Of a stretch of DNA of 64,000 nt, positions 9,496 through 18,579 are shown in pieces (the stretch's first letter is position 1; each line of letters starts with the position of its first letter). Where the stretch lies: positions 30,081 to 94,080 of IMG/VR virus record IMGVR_UViG_3300001580_001418. One strand, 5' to 3'. The notes beneath the pieces are model-generated. The model ran no database searches. It worked only from the letters and a program-made list of their open reading frames with translations, and was not told the origin of the DNA. Both the position numbers and the translations under genes were made by a program. This DNA is from a virus (lineage: Duplodnaviria; Caudoviricetes).

Positions 9496-11795
9496 GATTC
9501 TCCCACCGCTGATCGTACCTCTTCGCGCAACTCGTCTTTTTCACCCCAGGTCTGTCCTTTGGGCGTTCTCTCTCCCCGAGTCTCCCTTGCTAAATTATTC
9601 GCTATGTCCTGAAGAAGTTTGGTGTTCGCGCTGATATTTTTCAGGCTGTCATTGTCCTCTGCGCCACGCTTATCCTCTTTCTCCATTTGCTTCAGCATTG
9701 ATTCGAGCGACTTGTTCATATATTCTTGGGCTTTAAAAAAGTCCCCCTTCCCCATAGCAATTCCAAACATTTCTTGGTAGGCTTTCCCAGCAACCCCATA
9801 CTCTTTTTTCTCCGTGGCCGTTCCAAGAACATCGGTGAGCATCTTTTCTCGCTCAACGCCAAATCCTTCCATTCGATACCTTTTCTCCTCTCCGATATCC
9901 CTCTTTTTGACATAACCCCGCCATTCCTCTGTCGTTATGGCTCCATAGTCCCACTTCTCCCGCATCGCCATGTTTTCCTTCTGCCGTCTTGTCTCTATAT
10001 CATAAGGGCTCTCCACTTCCTCGCGTCCAGCGAGAGCGCCAGCCATCGTCTTCCAAGATTGGTAATATCCAAGTCTCTGTTCTGGCTTCATTTCGAATGG
10101 CGTTGGTTCTTTCCACTCAGCCCCCATTATTCCAGCTTCTTCTTTGCTCTTAGGCGTCCAGAGTGGCTTCTTCATCCACTTCTCGAACTCACCCGGCTCG
10201 CGTTTAACCTCAAGACCCCTACGGCGCGTTTCTTCTTCCCAAATGGTATCGAACGTCTTAATATTTTTGAGCGCTTTTTTACCCTGTTCAACCCTCTCCT
10301 TGTCTGCATCTGACGGTTCCCATCCCTCAACTTTCTTTTTCGTACCCCATATACTTTGGGCCGTCTCTTCTAATGACTTGGCAAGACTAACGCCGCCGTC
10401 AACAATAAGGCCAATTATTTCAGCCCATCCTTGAAGCGCTGGTCCTGCTATACCCCCGATGAGCGCTCCCTTTGGTCCACCCATGGCATATCCAATCGCC
10501 GCACCACCAGCCGCTTCAATTCCGACGGCCTTAAGGGGATTCTCCAAGCGGTACGATTTCATCGATGCTTCTACTCCAGCCATGGCGCTTCCTATCGCAG
10601 GCAATAGAATTTCTGTAAATGCCGTGGCCGCCGTTTCCGCAACGAACTTGAAAGTAGCTTTCAATGCATTTGCGAGAGGCTCCTTGGCTTCAGCCCACAC
10701 CTTCGCTAATTCTTCCTGGGCGTTTGCCCAAACCTTTTTCAAAACATCAGCAAGATCACTCAAGGAAGAAATTCCTTCCCAGTCAATGCCTTTCGTAAAA
10801 ACATCCGCAATCCTATCTGCAACGCTTTCCAGGAAGGAATTAATCTGTTCGGTCCATTTCTGGACCTTATCGGTCTTAAAAAAACGATCAAGCGAATCGT
10901 TCAGTTTAAGCAGATAATCCACAACTTTTTGGTAAATTCCAGTCTTTCCGAGACGGTCTAACCACATCTCGTACTTATCTTTCACGTTTCCCATCTGTAT
11001 TCCGAGGTTCTTCGCCGCCATTGCCATCGTATCAGCACCGACAAATTCGTCTGTCCATGCCTTCAATGCTTTTATTGCTTCCTGCGGAGAGCCTTTCATC
11101 TGCTCCATCGTCATGTTTGCGCTACGTGCAATTGATTCTACTGGCACATCAAACCTAAACTGAAGGCTTCTCCAGTTCCCGGCAAGAGCCTCACGTATTG
11201 CCATCATTGCTCCAACAACGCCCTGCTCCGGTCTCATCGTAAGCATGCCCTGAATGATGTTCATGAAGTCTTTCATCAGCCTTACGTCGCCTTCCATCAG
11301 ACCAGTTTTCGTTGCCGGAATAAAGGCAAGGGACTGCATCGACTGCATGACGTCTTTGTACATGGCGGGATATTCGGCAGCATACTCCTTAGCAAAAGTG
11401 GATACCTTCTTCACTGCATCCCAGCTTTTCAACGCACCATACAGCGAAATCTCCATCTGTTGAAAACCTTCTGTGGTCTTCAGCATGGATGTCGTCCATG
11501 ATGTAAAACCGGCCACTGCAACACCACCAACAACGGCAGCCAGGGTGCCTACTACCGTTGTAACAGCCGCCGCTGTGGTGAGAAGAGTTCCAAGACCCGA
11601 GGCTGCCTGAGCCGCTCCACCCTTCATGCTTGTAAAAAGGGCAGATACTTCCTGCTCGGCCTTCTTGGCGCTCTCCGACATTGGGCGAAACCATTGCCCA
11701 CCACCATAAATTCGCGTGGCACCTTCTAACTCGAAAAGCTCGGACTTAATCTTTTGGAAACCGATTGATTCGTACTTTACTGTGATGTCGCCCAT
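9492..11795 (-). CDS. Tape measure protein
   Basis: Ala/Gly-rich helical protein with hydrophobic segments and a tape-measure-like block (FQQMEISL...FAKEYAAEYP...AIREALAGNWRSL); follows the chaperone pair. Confidence 0.85.
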   Translation of the reverse strand: MGDITVKYESIGFQKIKSELFELEGATRIYGGGQWFRPMSESAKKAEQEVSALFTSMKGGAAQAASGLGTLLTTAAAVTTVVGTLAAVVGGVAVAGFTSWTTSMLKTTEGFQQMEISLYGALKSWDAVKKVSTFAKEYAAEYPAMYKDVMQSMQSLAFIPATKTGLMEGDVRLMKDFMNIIQGMLTMRPEQGVVGAMMAIREALAGNWRSLQFRFDVPVESIARSANMTMEQMKGSPQEAIKALKAWTDEFVGADTMAMAAKNLGIQMGNVKDKYEMWLDRLGKTGIYQKVVDYLLKLNDSLDRFFKTDKVQKWTEQINSFLESVADRIADVFTKGIDWEGISSLSDLADVLKKVWANAQEELAKVWAEAKEPLANALKATFKFVAETAATAFTEILLPAIGSAMAGVEASMKSYRLENPLKAVGIEAAGGAAIGYAMGGPKGALIGGIAGPALQGWAEIIGLIVDGGVSLAKSLEETAQSIWGTKKKVEGWEPSDADKERVEQGKKALKNIKTFDTIWEEETRRRGLEVKREPGEFEKWMKKPLWTPKSKEEAGIMGAEWKEPTPFEMKPEQRLGYYQSWKTMAGALAGREEVESPYDIETRRQKENMAMREKWDYGAITTEEWRGYVKKRDIGEEKRYRMEGFGVEREKMLTDVLGTATEKKEYGVAGKAYQEMFGIAMGKGDFFKAQEYMNKSLESMLKQMEKEDKRGAEDNDSLKNISANTKLLQDIANNLARETRGERTPKGQTWGEKDELREEVRSAVGES

Positions 11796-11826
11796 TTATC
11801 GCTCCATTAAGAATATCGTTAAACTT

Positions 11827-12552
11827 CTAAGCCCTTCCCGTCTTTGTTGCCTCATCTATTTCGCTGAGAATCCGGTCAAGCTGTCCTTCGGCTCGAAGCT
11901 TATCTAAATACCATTCGGGTGGGCTTGCATCAGAATCTTGCCATCCAGGCGGGTAAAGTTTTGACCTCTTAATGTCGATCATGATCATCTTTTTTACGTG
12001 GTCTAATGTAAACGGTATCTTTTTCGTTTGCGCCTGCTTATAGAAAAGCCACAACTTATCGTTCATCGAACATCGCTTAGCCACAATGCCATACTTCCCA
12101 AGACAAGAATCGGCGCGCTCCTTATCCCACCTTTTCTCTGGTACCATCTTTGACCAGAACCGTTTCGAAACAGCAGTCTTCCCTGCCACCTGAGAATAAT
12201 CAAAATACTCGATGTCGAACGGGAATGCATAAAGAGGATCTTGCTGCCATCGTTCGGCCATTTTCTTTTTACTATCTCTATCCTTTTTCGCCTTCGGATC
12301 GTATCCCCACTGAACCATTGCCTGGCGTTCCATCTCTTTAAAGATTCTCCTCTGCATGTAATACCAATACATCCGGACCAACGGCCTCGTCATTTTGGTC
12401 TGGATGTATTCTCTGTTATACCCATACTGATGGGCAAAGGCTTCGTAAATTTCGCCTAAGCTGGGGTAGGTTCGGTCTTCTCTTTCTTCTCCTCTATCAC
12501 TGCTGAGGGCGCCTTCCCCATTCCTATCATCCCCAGCAGTTTCTGGAAATTT
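11827..12552 (-). CDS. Tail assembly chaperone, -1 frameshift extension (gpT-like)
   Basis: Frame is open from slippery A AAT TTC (12552-12546) through ...LGEIYEAFAHQYGYNREYIQTKMTRPLVRMY... to the stop at 11827. Confidence 0.7.
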   Translation of the reverse strand, partial: KFPETAGDDRNGEGALSSDRGEEREDRTYPSLGEIYEAFAHQYGYNREYIQTKMTRPLVRMYWYYMQRRIFKEMERQAMVQWGYDPKAKKDRDSKKKMAERWQQDPLYAFPFDIEYFDYSQVAGKTAVSKRFWSKMVPEKRWDKERADSCLGKYGIVAKRCSMNDKLWLFYKQAQTKKIPFTLDHVKKMIMIDIKRSKLYPPGWQDSDASPPEWYLDKLRAEGQLDRILSEIDEATKTGRA

Positions 12553-13004
12553 TCTTGGCTCTCCTTGGGAAGCCCTTCACTACTGAAGTTTTGCAGATAG
12601 AAGACCGCTGCAACGTGCTTCAATTGAAGAAGCGTGAGCTTACTTTTCACTTCCTCGACGGGAAGGTCAAGAATCATGTGAATCCAATCGGGGACCTTTC
12701 CACCCCCGATAATCGATTCAATAGGAGACTTTCTCATGTCAGAGAGCGCCTCCTTGTCTACTGGACACTCTTCGATCTTTTTCCCGACAGCATTTTTCAC
12801 TACCTTTCCACATTTCGGGCACTTCCGGTCGGGGTTGAAAATATCATCGAAATATAGTGCGATGTCTTTCGACACCAGCTCTAGCTGGCCTTCCCATAAC
12901 GGGTAAAGCTCGTACGCCTTTTCTCCAATCACAATAATTCGCTTATTTTGTTCTGGTAACAGCACTGCCAATTCATCTGGCACTGGAACTTCTTTTGCGC
13001 CCAT
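12456..13004 (-). CDS. Tail assembly chaperone (gpG-like) with CPKC motif
   Basis: Two genes upstream of tape measure; slippery heptamer near 3' end. Confidence 0.7.
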   Translation of the reverse strand: MGAKEVPVPDELAVLLPEQNKRIIVIGEKAYELYPLWEGQLELVSKDIALYFDDIFNPDRKCPKCGKVVKNAVGKKIEECPVDKEALSDMRKSPIESIIGGGKVPDWIHMILDLPVEEVKSKLTLLQLKHVAAVFYLQNFSSEGLPKESQENFQKLLGMIGMGKAPSAVIEEKKEKTEPTPA

Positions 13005-13067
13005 CGTCGTCTCCTCTTCCGGAGCTCAGGGGAAGCCATCTTCCCCTTGTCGCCCCTTCATTAAAGT

Positions 13068-13943
13068 TTATGCAATCGTGATCTTTGCAGACCATCCAAT
13101 CGAACTCTCGTTGATCGAAACCATACCCGCGGCATCCTTTGCAATAACACCGATGAAATAATCACCGGCATCCAGAGCGGCCAGCTCCATCGTCGCCTGA
13201 TCGAATTTCTGTGTCAGGTTTACACCCGAGGACGCCAGGCTTGCCTCACGATCGGCAACGGAAGCAAGGCTGTTCGGCTCAATCGAAGTCGGTACAATCG
13301 TTGCCTTGATGCAGTAAATATCGTAATACCTGATTACTGCATCGGCTGGTTTCGTCCATGCAACGGTGATTCCTCCAGAAACCGAACCGGTCCCACTAAC
13401 ACCACTTGGCGTGGTCGGCCTTTCAAGCTGTGCCTTAATCCCGGGCTGGCTATTCTCTCCAAGGGGAGATGCAAATGACTTCGCTTGCTGGACAATCCAG
13501 CCAACTTCCCCGTCCACAAGAAGAGCACCTTCACCAGTCGCTGGAATGGTAAGGTCTGCGCCAACCGTAGTCGGAATAAACCAGTCCTTCACGTTCCCGT
13601 ACTTATCCATCAACACGCATGGAACGTTCGCAACAAACCCCGCCAAATTAGCCGCAGGCGTCACGCTTAGCGTCGTCCCACCCGACGTGAACGCAGTGTC
13701 AATCAAACTCTGAGAAACATTACGTCGGATTCCAGATGGCCTGCCATCCAAAAGGTCAGCGATCAAATCATCTACATTCTCCATGATCGGTGACGCTCCG
13801 GATGCGGTCGCCTTTAAGAAAAAATTCTCAGTGGCACCTAACTCCGTATCCACCCGGTACCTTTCGATGTCAACCGTCACTTGAGTCAACGTCTGAACAC
13901 CGGTAATCGGGTTCGTATATTCAACCGAAATATTCTTTCCCAT
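13068..13943 (-). CDS. Virion structural protein with C-terminal FN3/Ig-like domain
   Basis: PTTPSGVS...ITVAWTKP....IRYYDIY...DYFIGVIAKDAAG FN3-like pattern; strong RBS. Confidence 0.6.
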   Translation of the reverse strand: MGKNISVEYTNPITGVQTLTQVTVDIERYRVDTELGATENFFLKATASGASPIMENVDDLIADLLDGRPSGIRRNVSQSLIDTAFTSGGTTLSVTPAANLAGFVANVPCVLMDKYGNVKDWFIPTTVGADLTIPATGEGALLVDGEVGWIVQQAKSFASPLGENSQPGIKAQLERPTTPSGVSGTGSVSGGITVAWTKPADAVIRYYDIYCIKATIVPTSIEPNSLASVADREASLASSGVNLTQKFDQATMELAALDAGDYFIGVIAKDAAGMVSINESSIGWSAKITIA

Positions 13944-13965
13944 TTCCTCATTCCTCCTTTCTAAA

Positions 13966-14250
13966 TTAAGTTGCTGTGTGTCTTCTCATCACGACTCGCG
14001 CGTTATAGAGATCGAGCGCTTCGTGAATCGCCTCTCTACCTACATCTCCAACAATCACCCATCCATCAACGGCTTCCGCCTCAAACTCCAGAATCTTTTC
14101 TTGCAGTTCAGCGGTCGTGATCCAGTGAAATCGGTATCCTTTCGTTTCGATAAAACCAAGCTCCTGAATCACTGATTCACCATCGATCGTCGGGGTCTCA
14201 GCGCGCCTCGCAGTCTTTAATGGTTTATCAAACACAGTTGAGTAGCCCAT
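13966..14250 (-). CDS. Hypothetical tail-module protein
   Basis: RBS plus ORF in tail operon. Confidence 0.5.
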   Translation of the reverse strand: MGYSTVFDKPLKTARRAETPTIDGESVIQELGFIETKGYRFHWITTAELQEKILEFEAEAVDGWVIVGDVGREAIHEALDLYNARVVMRRHTAT

Positions 14251-14261
14251 CTCTCACCCTC

Positions 14262-14275
14262 TACGCATCAGCGTA
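14262..14275. promoter_or_regulatory. Type-A operator-like palindrome TACGCATCAGCGTA
   Basis: Perfect TACGC-N4-GCGTA, intergenic, next to an RBS. Confidence 0.75.
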
Positions 14276-14297
14276 AAATCAAACCAAAAAAACTCAT

Positions 14298-15029
14298 TTA
14301 CGGCGTTCCCTCATCATCGTAAATCTCCACCGTCTCTTCGACGTTCGGCTTATCAGTCAGGTTCAAAGTCGTCGTTCTTGAAATCTTGTACCATTCGCTA
14401 ATCGCATCCAGCTCTACGACAGAAAACAGTTCAGGCGTAATCATGTTTTCCCTGGCCTGGGCCACCGTGTTCCCAATATACTTCGTCAGTTCAACGGTGA
14501 ACTTCTGCCAGTCAGTCACGCTCTTGCTCACCTCAACCCTATTGATATAAAGCCCGCTTTCGGAGATTATCGGTTCATCCCCTACTGCTGGTTTAATCAA
14601 TACCTGCCCAGCATACGTATTTCCCCGATCAGCGACCCCCATCCCTGCTGGCGGATCCCCCTTTCCATTAAGGGTAATCGTGATCTTCTTTCTAAAAAAG
14701 ATAAGACCATCTGTATACGTCAGCTTGTCCCCAAGAGAAGGCGACGTATCAGGCTGGGTCGCCAGCATGTGGGGAGTGGTCACTTCCTCTTCTTCGGACA
14801 TCGTTACTGTTTCCAGTGGCACCTCAAGGCTGTTCCTGGACGGATCTGTCGATTTTCCAATTCCATAAGCCTGCGCACAAAACGACGGGTTCCCTCTTCT
14901 CAAATTGTCGCTAAACTTCAAAGAGAAAATGTCCGTATCGAACCCATCCCGATACTCCAACTGCTCAGTCAAAAAGCCATGGCTCTCAGTCTCAACCGCA
15001 CCTGCACAACCAAACTTCGGATATCCCAT
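14298..15029 (-). CDS. Putative major tail (tube) protein
   Basis: ATG 15029 with AAAGGAGGTG RBS; acidic Thr-rich; follows terminator-like gene. Positional call only. Confidence 0.45.
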   Translation of the reverse strand: MGYPKFGCAGAVETESHGFLTEQLEYRDGFDTDIFSLKFSDNLRRGNPSFCAQAYGIGKSTDPSRNSLEVPLETVTMSEEEEVTTPHMLATQPDTSPSLGDKLTYTDGLIFFRKKITITLNGKGDPPAGMGVADRGNTYAGQVLIKPAVGDEPIISESGLYINRVEVSKSVTDWQKFTVELTKYIGNTVAQARENMITPELFSVVELDAISEWYKISRTTTLNLTDKPNVEETVEIYDDEGTP

Positions 15030-15045
15030 TTTCCCACCTCCTTTT

Positions 15046-15522
15046 TTATGGCAGGACAGATTCCCGCCAGACATAGACGTTATAATCAATCGCTTCCACG
15101 TTCACTGTATCCGCAGCGGCCTCGGGCAGTGACCGCGAACCCCTAAATCTTGGAATTAAGACGTTTCCTGTCGGCGTCGGGTTAAGCTCATCGTGAGAAA
15201 AATCAAGCAGTTCAATTACATCAATATTCAGCTCTTCCTGAACCTCATCGACCATTTTCACAAGCTCCACCCCATACTTGTCTTTTGCGATGATCGTATT
15301 GCAATTAATTTGCAAAAGGCTCACACAAAAGATCCCCTGCCCGACTCGGAATAGCGGAATATCTATCCACTTCCAATAACCAGAGACCTCATTCTTAATC
15401 CGTTCTTCTAACGTTTCATCCCCCGGTGCAGAATAGTTAATATAATAGTTCGCGCTCAATCGCTCCCTGAGAAACTTGTAAAAACTTCTTTTGATATTCA
15501 GCTCTCGGTCTTTATCTAACAT
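15046..15522 (-). CDS. Putative tail terminator/completion protein
   Basis: Follows gp10-like gene; size and LLQINCNT pattern; ATG 15522. Confidence 0.5.
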   Translation of the reverse strand: MLDKDRELNIKRSFYKFLRERLSANYYINYSAPGDETLEERIKNEVSGYWKWIDIPLFRVGQGIFCVSLLQINCNTIIAKDKYGVELVKMVDEVQEELNIDVIELLDFSHDELNPTPTGNVLIPRFRGSRSLPEAAADTVNVEAIDYNVYVWRESVLP

Positions 15523-15523
15523 T

Positions 15524-15973
15524 TCACACCCAAACGTTATGAATGTTCGAAAGAAGCCTCTCACCGATTTCTTTCGCAGATTTGTCAAGATCCTCTTGGG
15601 TCAATCTTACGAACCCCAACGGCTTCGTCCCTGGATGAAAAACCCTATGAGCAAAAATCGTCTCTCCATCAATTTCAAACTTCAGTGCTCCGCCTTCCTT
15701 TGCCTCGATAACGTGAGGCCGTGTCCCAAACTCAAGAAACGTTACTTCTTTCTCCTTACCATCAGGGCTAATTTCCCAAACAATCGCATTCTCCGTCTTG
15801 TGATAGTGAATCGTCCACGAAGCGGACGTCTTGCCTGTTTTTCTTGGCGTTCTTGCCGCAATAACTGTCAAAAAATACGTGGCAAGGGCATACGTTTGAG
15901 TCTCGGCAACAGAGAAAAGCCTCAATGTTCTTCTGATCTTTTCCTTCAGCTCTCTCGTCTCAACGCTTATCAA
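15524..15973 (-). CDS. HK97 gp10-like neck/tail completion protein
   Basis: RTPRKTGKTSASW...FLEFGTRPHVI...VFHPGTKP; TTGA-coupled start at 15973. Confidence 0.8.
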   Translation of the reverse strand: MISVETRELKEKIRRTLRLFSVAETQTYALATYFLTVIAARTPRKTGKTSASWTIHYHKTENAIVWEISPDGKEKEVTFLEFGTRPHVIEAKEGGALKFEIDGETIFAHRVFHPGTKPLGFVRLTQEDLDKSAKEIGERLLSNIHNVWV

Positions 15974-16380
15974 ACTGCCCTCCCAACCACCGTGGTCCTG
16001 CCAATGTCCACGTCCCAATACGGGACTTGAATAACCCTGTACGTTTTCCCCTGGTACATGATTTCGTCCGTCTCCTTCACTTCCTCGTAAAAAATGAACT
16101 TCATATCGGTCAACTCAATTTTCCCCCTGCTCGCCATCACTTCCCTTGTGCTAACCCTCGAAACGTAAACATCGAGATCTGCAAGGCCAGGCACCAATTC
16201 AGTAGTAGGCTCAATGCCGAGATCTGGTCTCCCTTCCTGAGTAACCGTATACCGTAGGATATCCGCCTTTTTATTAAACTGAAGGCTTCTCAATACGTCC
16301 CAACCCTTCCTGAGCAGCGTTCCAACCTCGGTCGCCTGCTCTTCTGTTATCCCATGGCTTGTCGTCGGGATCTTCCCCAT
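15970..16380 (-). CDS. Head closure/stopper protein
   Basis: G.IELTD.KF...DEI.YQGKTYRV pattern; position. Confidence 0.6.
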   Translation of the reverse strand: MGKIPTTSHGITEEQATEVGTLLRKGWDVLRSLQFNKKADILRYTVTQEGRPDLGIEPTTELVPGLADLDVYVSRVSTREVMASRGKIELTDMKFIFYEEVKETDEIMYQGKTYRVIQVPYWDVDIGRTTVVGRAV

Positions 16381-16383
16381 AAC

Positions 16384-17082
16384 CTACCCCACTATAAAAA
16401 CAGACCCACCAAATTTCTTCTCGAACCGAGCCTTGAAATCCTCAGCTTCCTTCATCAGCGAATCAGACGTGGCACCGAACGTTACTGACTCCCCATATCC
16501 AGAGACTGATTGAATCTCCTGTCCCTTCTTGCTCGCCATCATCTCTTTCGCTTCTCCTTTTGCCCACAGCATTAACGTATTCACATCTTCCTCTGGAAAC
16601 GTTTCTTCCGTATGGGCCTGCGTCCAAATGAAAATCACTTTCAGTCCAGTAGCATTGGGTGGCGGTATGAGCCTCAGCATCTTTGTAACCCTATCGTACT
16701 CAAAATCCCCCGTGAACATGGCCTTATACTGTTCGATGCGTTGCATATACTGAAGCCAAATTGAAGGATTGTCAAAGAGACTAATTCCCTCTAACCTACC
16801 CCAAACTGCCGAATCAGGCCAAAAGTCTTCTGGTAAAAACTGGCTGCTCACGTTATAAAACACTTCCTTCACCCTAAGTATTCGCTGCTTTCCAGAAAGG
16901 TCATAAAGGGCCTTGTCCTTCTCCGTGGCAACAAAATCCAGAACCTTGATTGGACTATGCTTCGAATACTCGGTAACCGCACTTATCACAGCGTCTTTGG
17001 CCTGATCGTCAGAGAGCTGCGCGGTCGTGAGATTTCCAAGTCCAAGTCTGAGCTTATCCTTCAGATCGTCCATTCTCGACAT
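16384..17082 (-). CDS. Head-tail adaptor/neck protein
   Basis: LKDKLRLGLG...LSDDQ...FEYDRVTKMLRLIPPP; position after capsid module. Confidence 0.6.
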   Translation of the reverse strand: MSRMDDLKDKLRLGLGNLTTAQLSDDQAKDAVISAVTEYSKHSPIKVLDFVATEKDKALYDLSGKQRILRVKEVFYNVSSQFLPEDFWPDSAVWGRLEGISLFDNPSIWLQYMQRIEQYKAMFTGDFEYDRVTKMLRLIPPPNATGLKVIFIWTQAHTEETFPEEDVNTLMLWAKGEAKEMMASKKGQEIQSVSGYGESVTFGATSDSLMKEAEDFKARFEKKFGGSVFIVG

Positions 17083-17410
17083 TTAACATCTCCTTCTCTC
17101 TTGAGAGAATTGCATCAAGCACGTCTCGATTGGTTTCTTCCTGCCCAAGTCTATCCAGATCCTCAAGGCTCGCCGCAACCTTAACTTGGGCAAGCTTTCT
17201 CCGGATCCTCTTTCCTTCGTCAACATCAGCCGTAAGCTTGATTCGTTCCTTCTCCTTGTCGATAAGCTCCCTTACATCCAACACCCCGCTCATATCCTCG
17301 GTATAGCTTTGCCCAGGCTTCAAATGAATCGGGTTAAAATGCCTGTCGTAAAAAATCTGCGGCACCTTTGTTTCGTTCTTAAAAACTCTCGTCTTCGTCG
17401 TCATTTTCAT
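17054..17410 (-). CDS. Hypothetical protein
   Basis: ATGA-coupled ORF. Confidence 0.5.
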   Translation of the reverse strand: MKMTTKTRVFKNETKVPQIFYDRHFNPIHLKPGQSYTEDMSGVLDVRELIDKEKERIKLTADVDEGKRIRRKLAQVKVAASLEDLDRLGQEETNRDVLDAILSREKEMLNVENGRSEG

Positions 17411-18057
17411 GCCTCCTTTAATACGAAAATTTTGTTTCCGTGGGTTTCAAATATCTGTGTATATCCGAACCTGCCAAAGATTCCTCCATGTTCAATGGTT
17501 TCATCCAGGCACACCACTTCAAATCGGTGGTGCTCCAAAAGCGGCCCTTCCCTTTCAACCACAATGACCTTTGGTCTATAATTGCTCTTCTCGAAAAGGT
17601 TTTTTATTATCCTGTAATCCAGTCCTTCCGTGTCTACAGATAGCAAGTCAAGGTCTATTGGAATCCCTTCCTCCTCCAGGACATCGGATAATGTTCTTGT
17701 CATAATCTCCCCTTTTTCTTCAGATTCCTGCTCAAAAACCAAGGAATTGTGCCCCGGGGTTTTGTGTATATATGTCGTCGCAACTTCCCTCAAATCGGAT
17801 ACCGCAATATTCAGAATCTTGATGTTTTTTCTTTCTTTCACCGCCTCTCTCAACGGATCCCAAAAAACTTCAACGGGCATTGGCTCAATCAAAAGACCTC
17901 CCCAATTGCCGGACACAATCAAGTCGTAAGTGTTCGACAGCTCTATTCCGAAAGCCCCCACATCGACAAGCAATCTATATTTCGGGCGAACTTCCTCGAA
18001 GTACCTTCTCAAAAAATTCCCTTCTCCAAACTGGCTATGATCGATCTCATCCATCAC
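17407..18057 (-). CDS. FkbM-family SAM methyltransferase
   Basis: VDVGAFG..SNT...GLLIEP...NIAVSD...DLLSVDTEGLD..I...RPKVIVVE. Confidence 0.88.
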   Translation of the reverse strand: MMDEIDHSQFGEGNFLRRYFEEVRPKYRLLVDVGAFGIELSNTYDLIVSGNWGGLLIEPMPVEVFWDPLREAVKERKNIKILNIAVSDLREVATTYIHKTPGHNSLVFEQESEEKGEIMTRTLSDVLEEEGIPIDLDLLSVDTEGLDYRIIKNLFEKSNYRPKVIVVEREGPLLEHHRFEVVCLDETIEHGGIFGRFGYTQIFETHGNKIFVLKEA

Positions 18058-18566
18058 GCTTTCCTGATAACAATCTCGAAACTGTACTTATCCGCATGGG
18101 CACTCTCATAAATAATCGAATAGGAAACGCCCAAGGACGAAAGCACTCGCTTTACATAATCCAGGCTGAAATTTGAAACCTTGTGCGCCTCGTTATAACC
18201 TTGCCCCGTCAATTTACAGTGATCTCTATACTTCTGTTCTTCAGGACAATACAGGATCAAGGACCCACTCTGTTTGATGACCCTCAGCCATTCCCTCAAT
18301 ACCGGACCAGTCTCTCCTTCCGGGAAATCTTCAAGCAGATGGGACGAATAAACATAGTCCAGCACCCCATCTTTGAACCAATATAAATTCCTGGCATCTC
18401 CGTGGAGATTCTGGGGACTACTCCCAACCTCAGCATAAGGAATATCCAGGTCTACAGTAATTGCACTTGGGACAATCGGGTCTCCTCCAAACCCTATGTC
18501 CAACCCGTCTCCAAGACAAAACTTTTTAAGCCTCTCCCTGCAAATACTCGACTCGGATGGATACAC
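18054..18566 (-). CDS. Class I SAM methyltransferase (Methyltransf_11-like)
   Basis: GLDIGFGG...DYVYSSHLLED...LREWLRVIKQSGSLILYCP. Confidence 0.88.
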   Translation of the reverse strand: MYPSESSICRERLKKFCLGDGLDIGFGGDPIVPSAITVDLDIPYAEVGSSPQNLHGDARNLYWFKDGVLDYVYSSHLLEDFPEGETGPVLREWLRVIKQSGSLILYCPEEQKYRDHCKLTGQGYNEAHKVSNFSLDYVKRVLSSLGVSYSIIYESAHADKYSFEIVIRKA

Positions 18567-18579
18567 TGTTCACCCCTTC

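Noticed and set aside
12514-12520. G GGG AAG as the chaperone slippery site
   Set aside because: Does not fit X XXY YYZ in frame; A AAT TTC at 12546-12552 does
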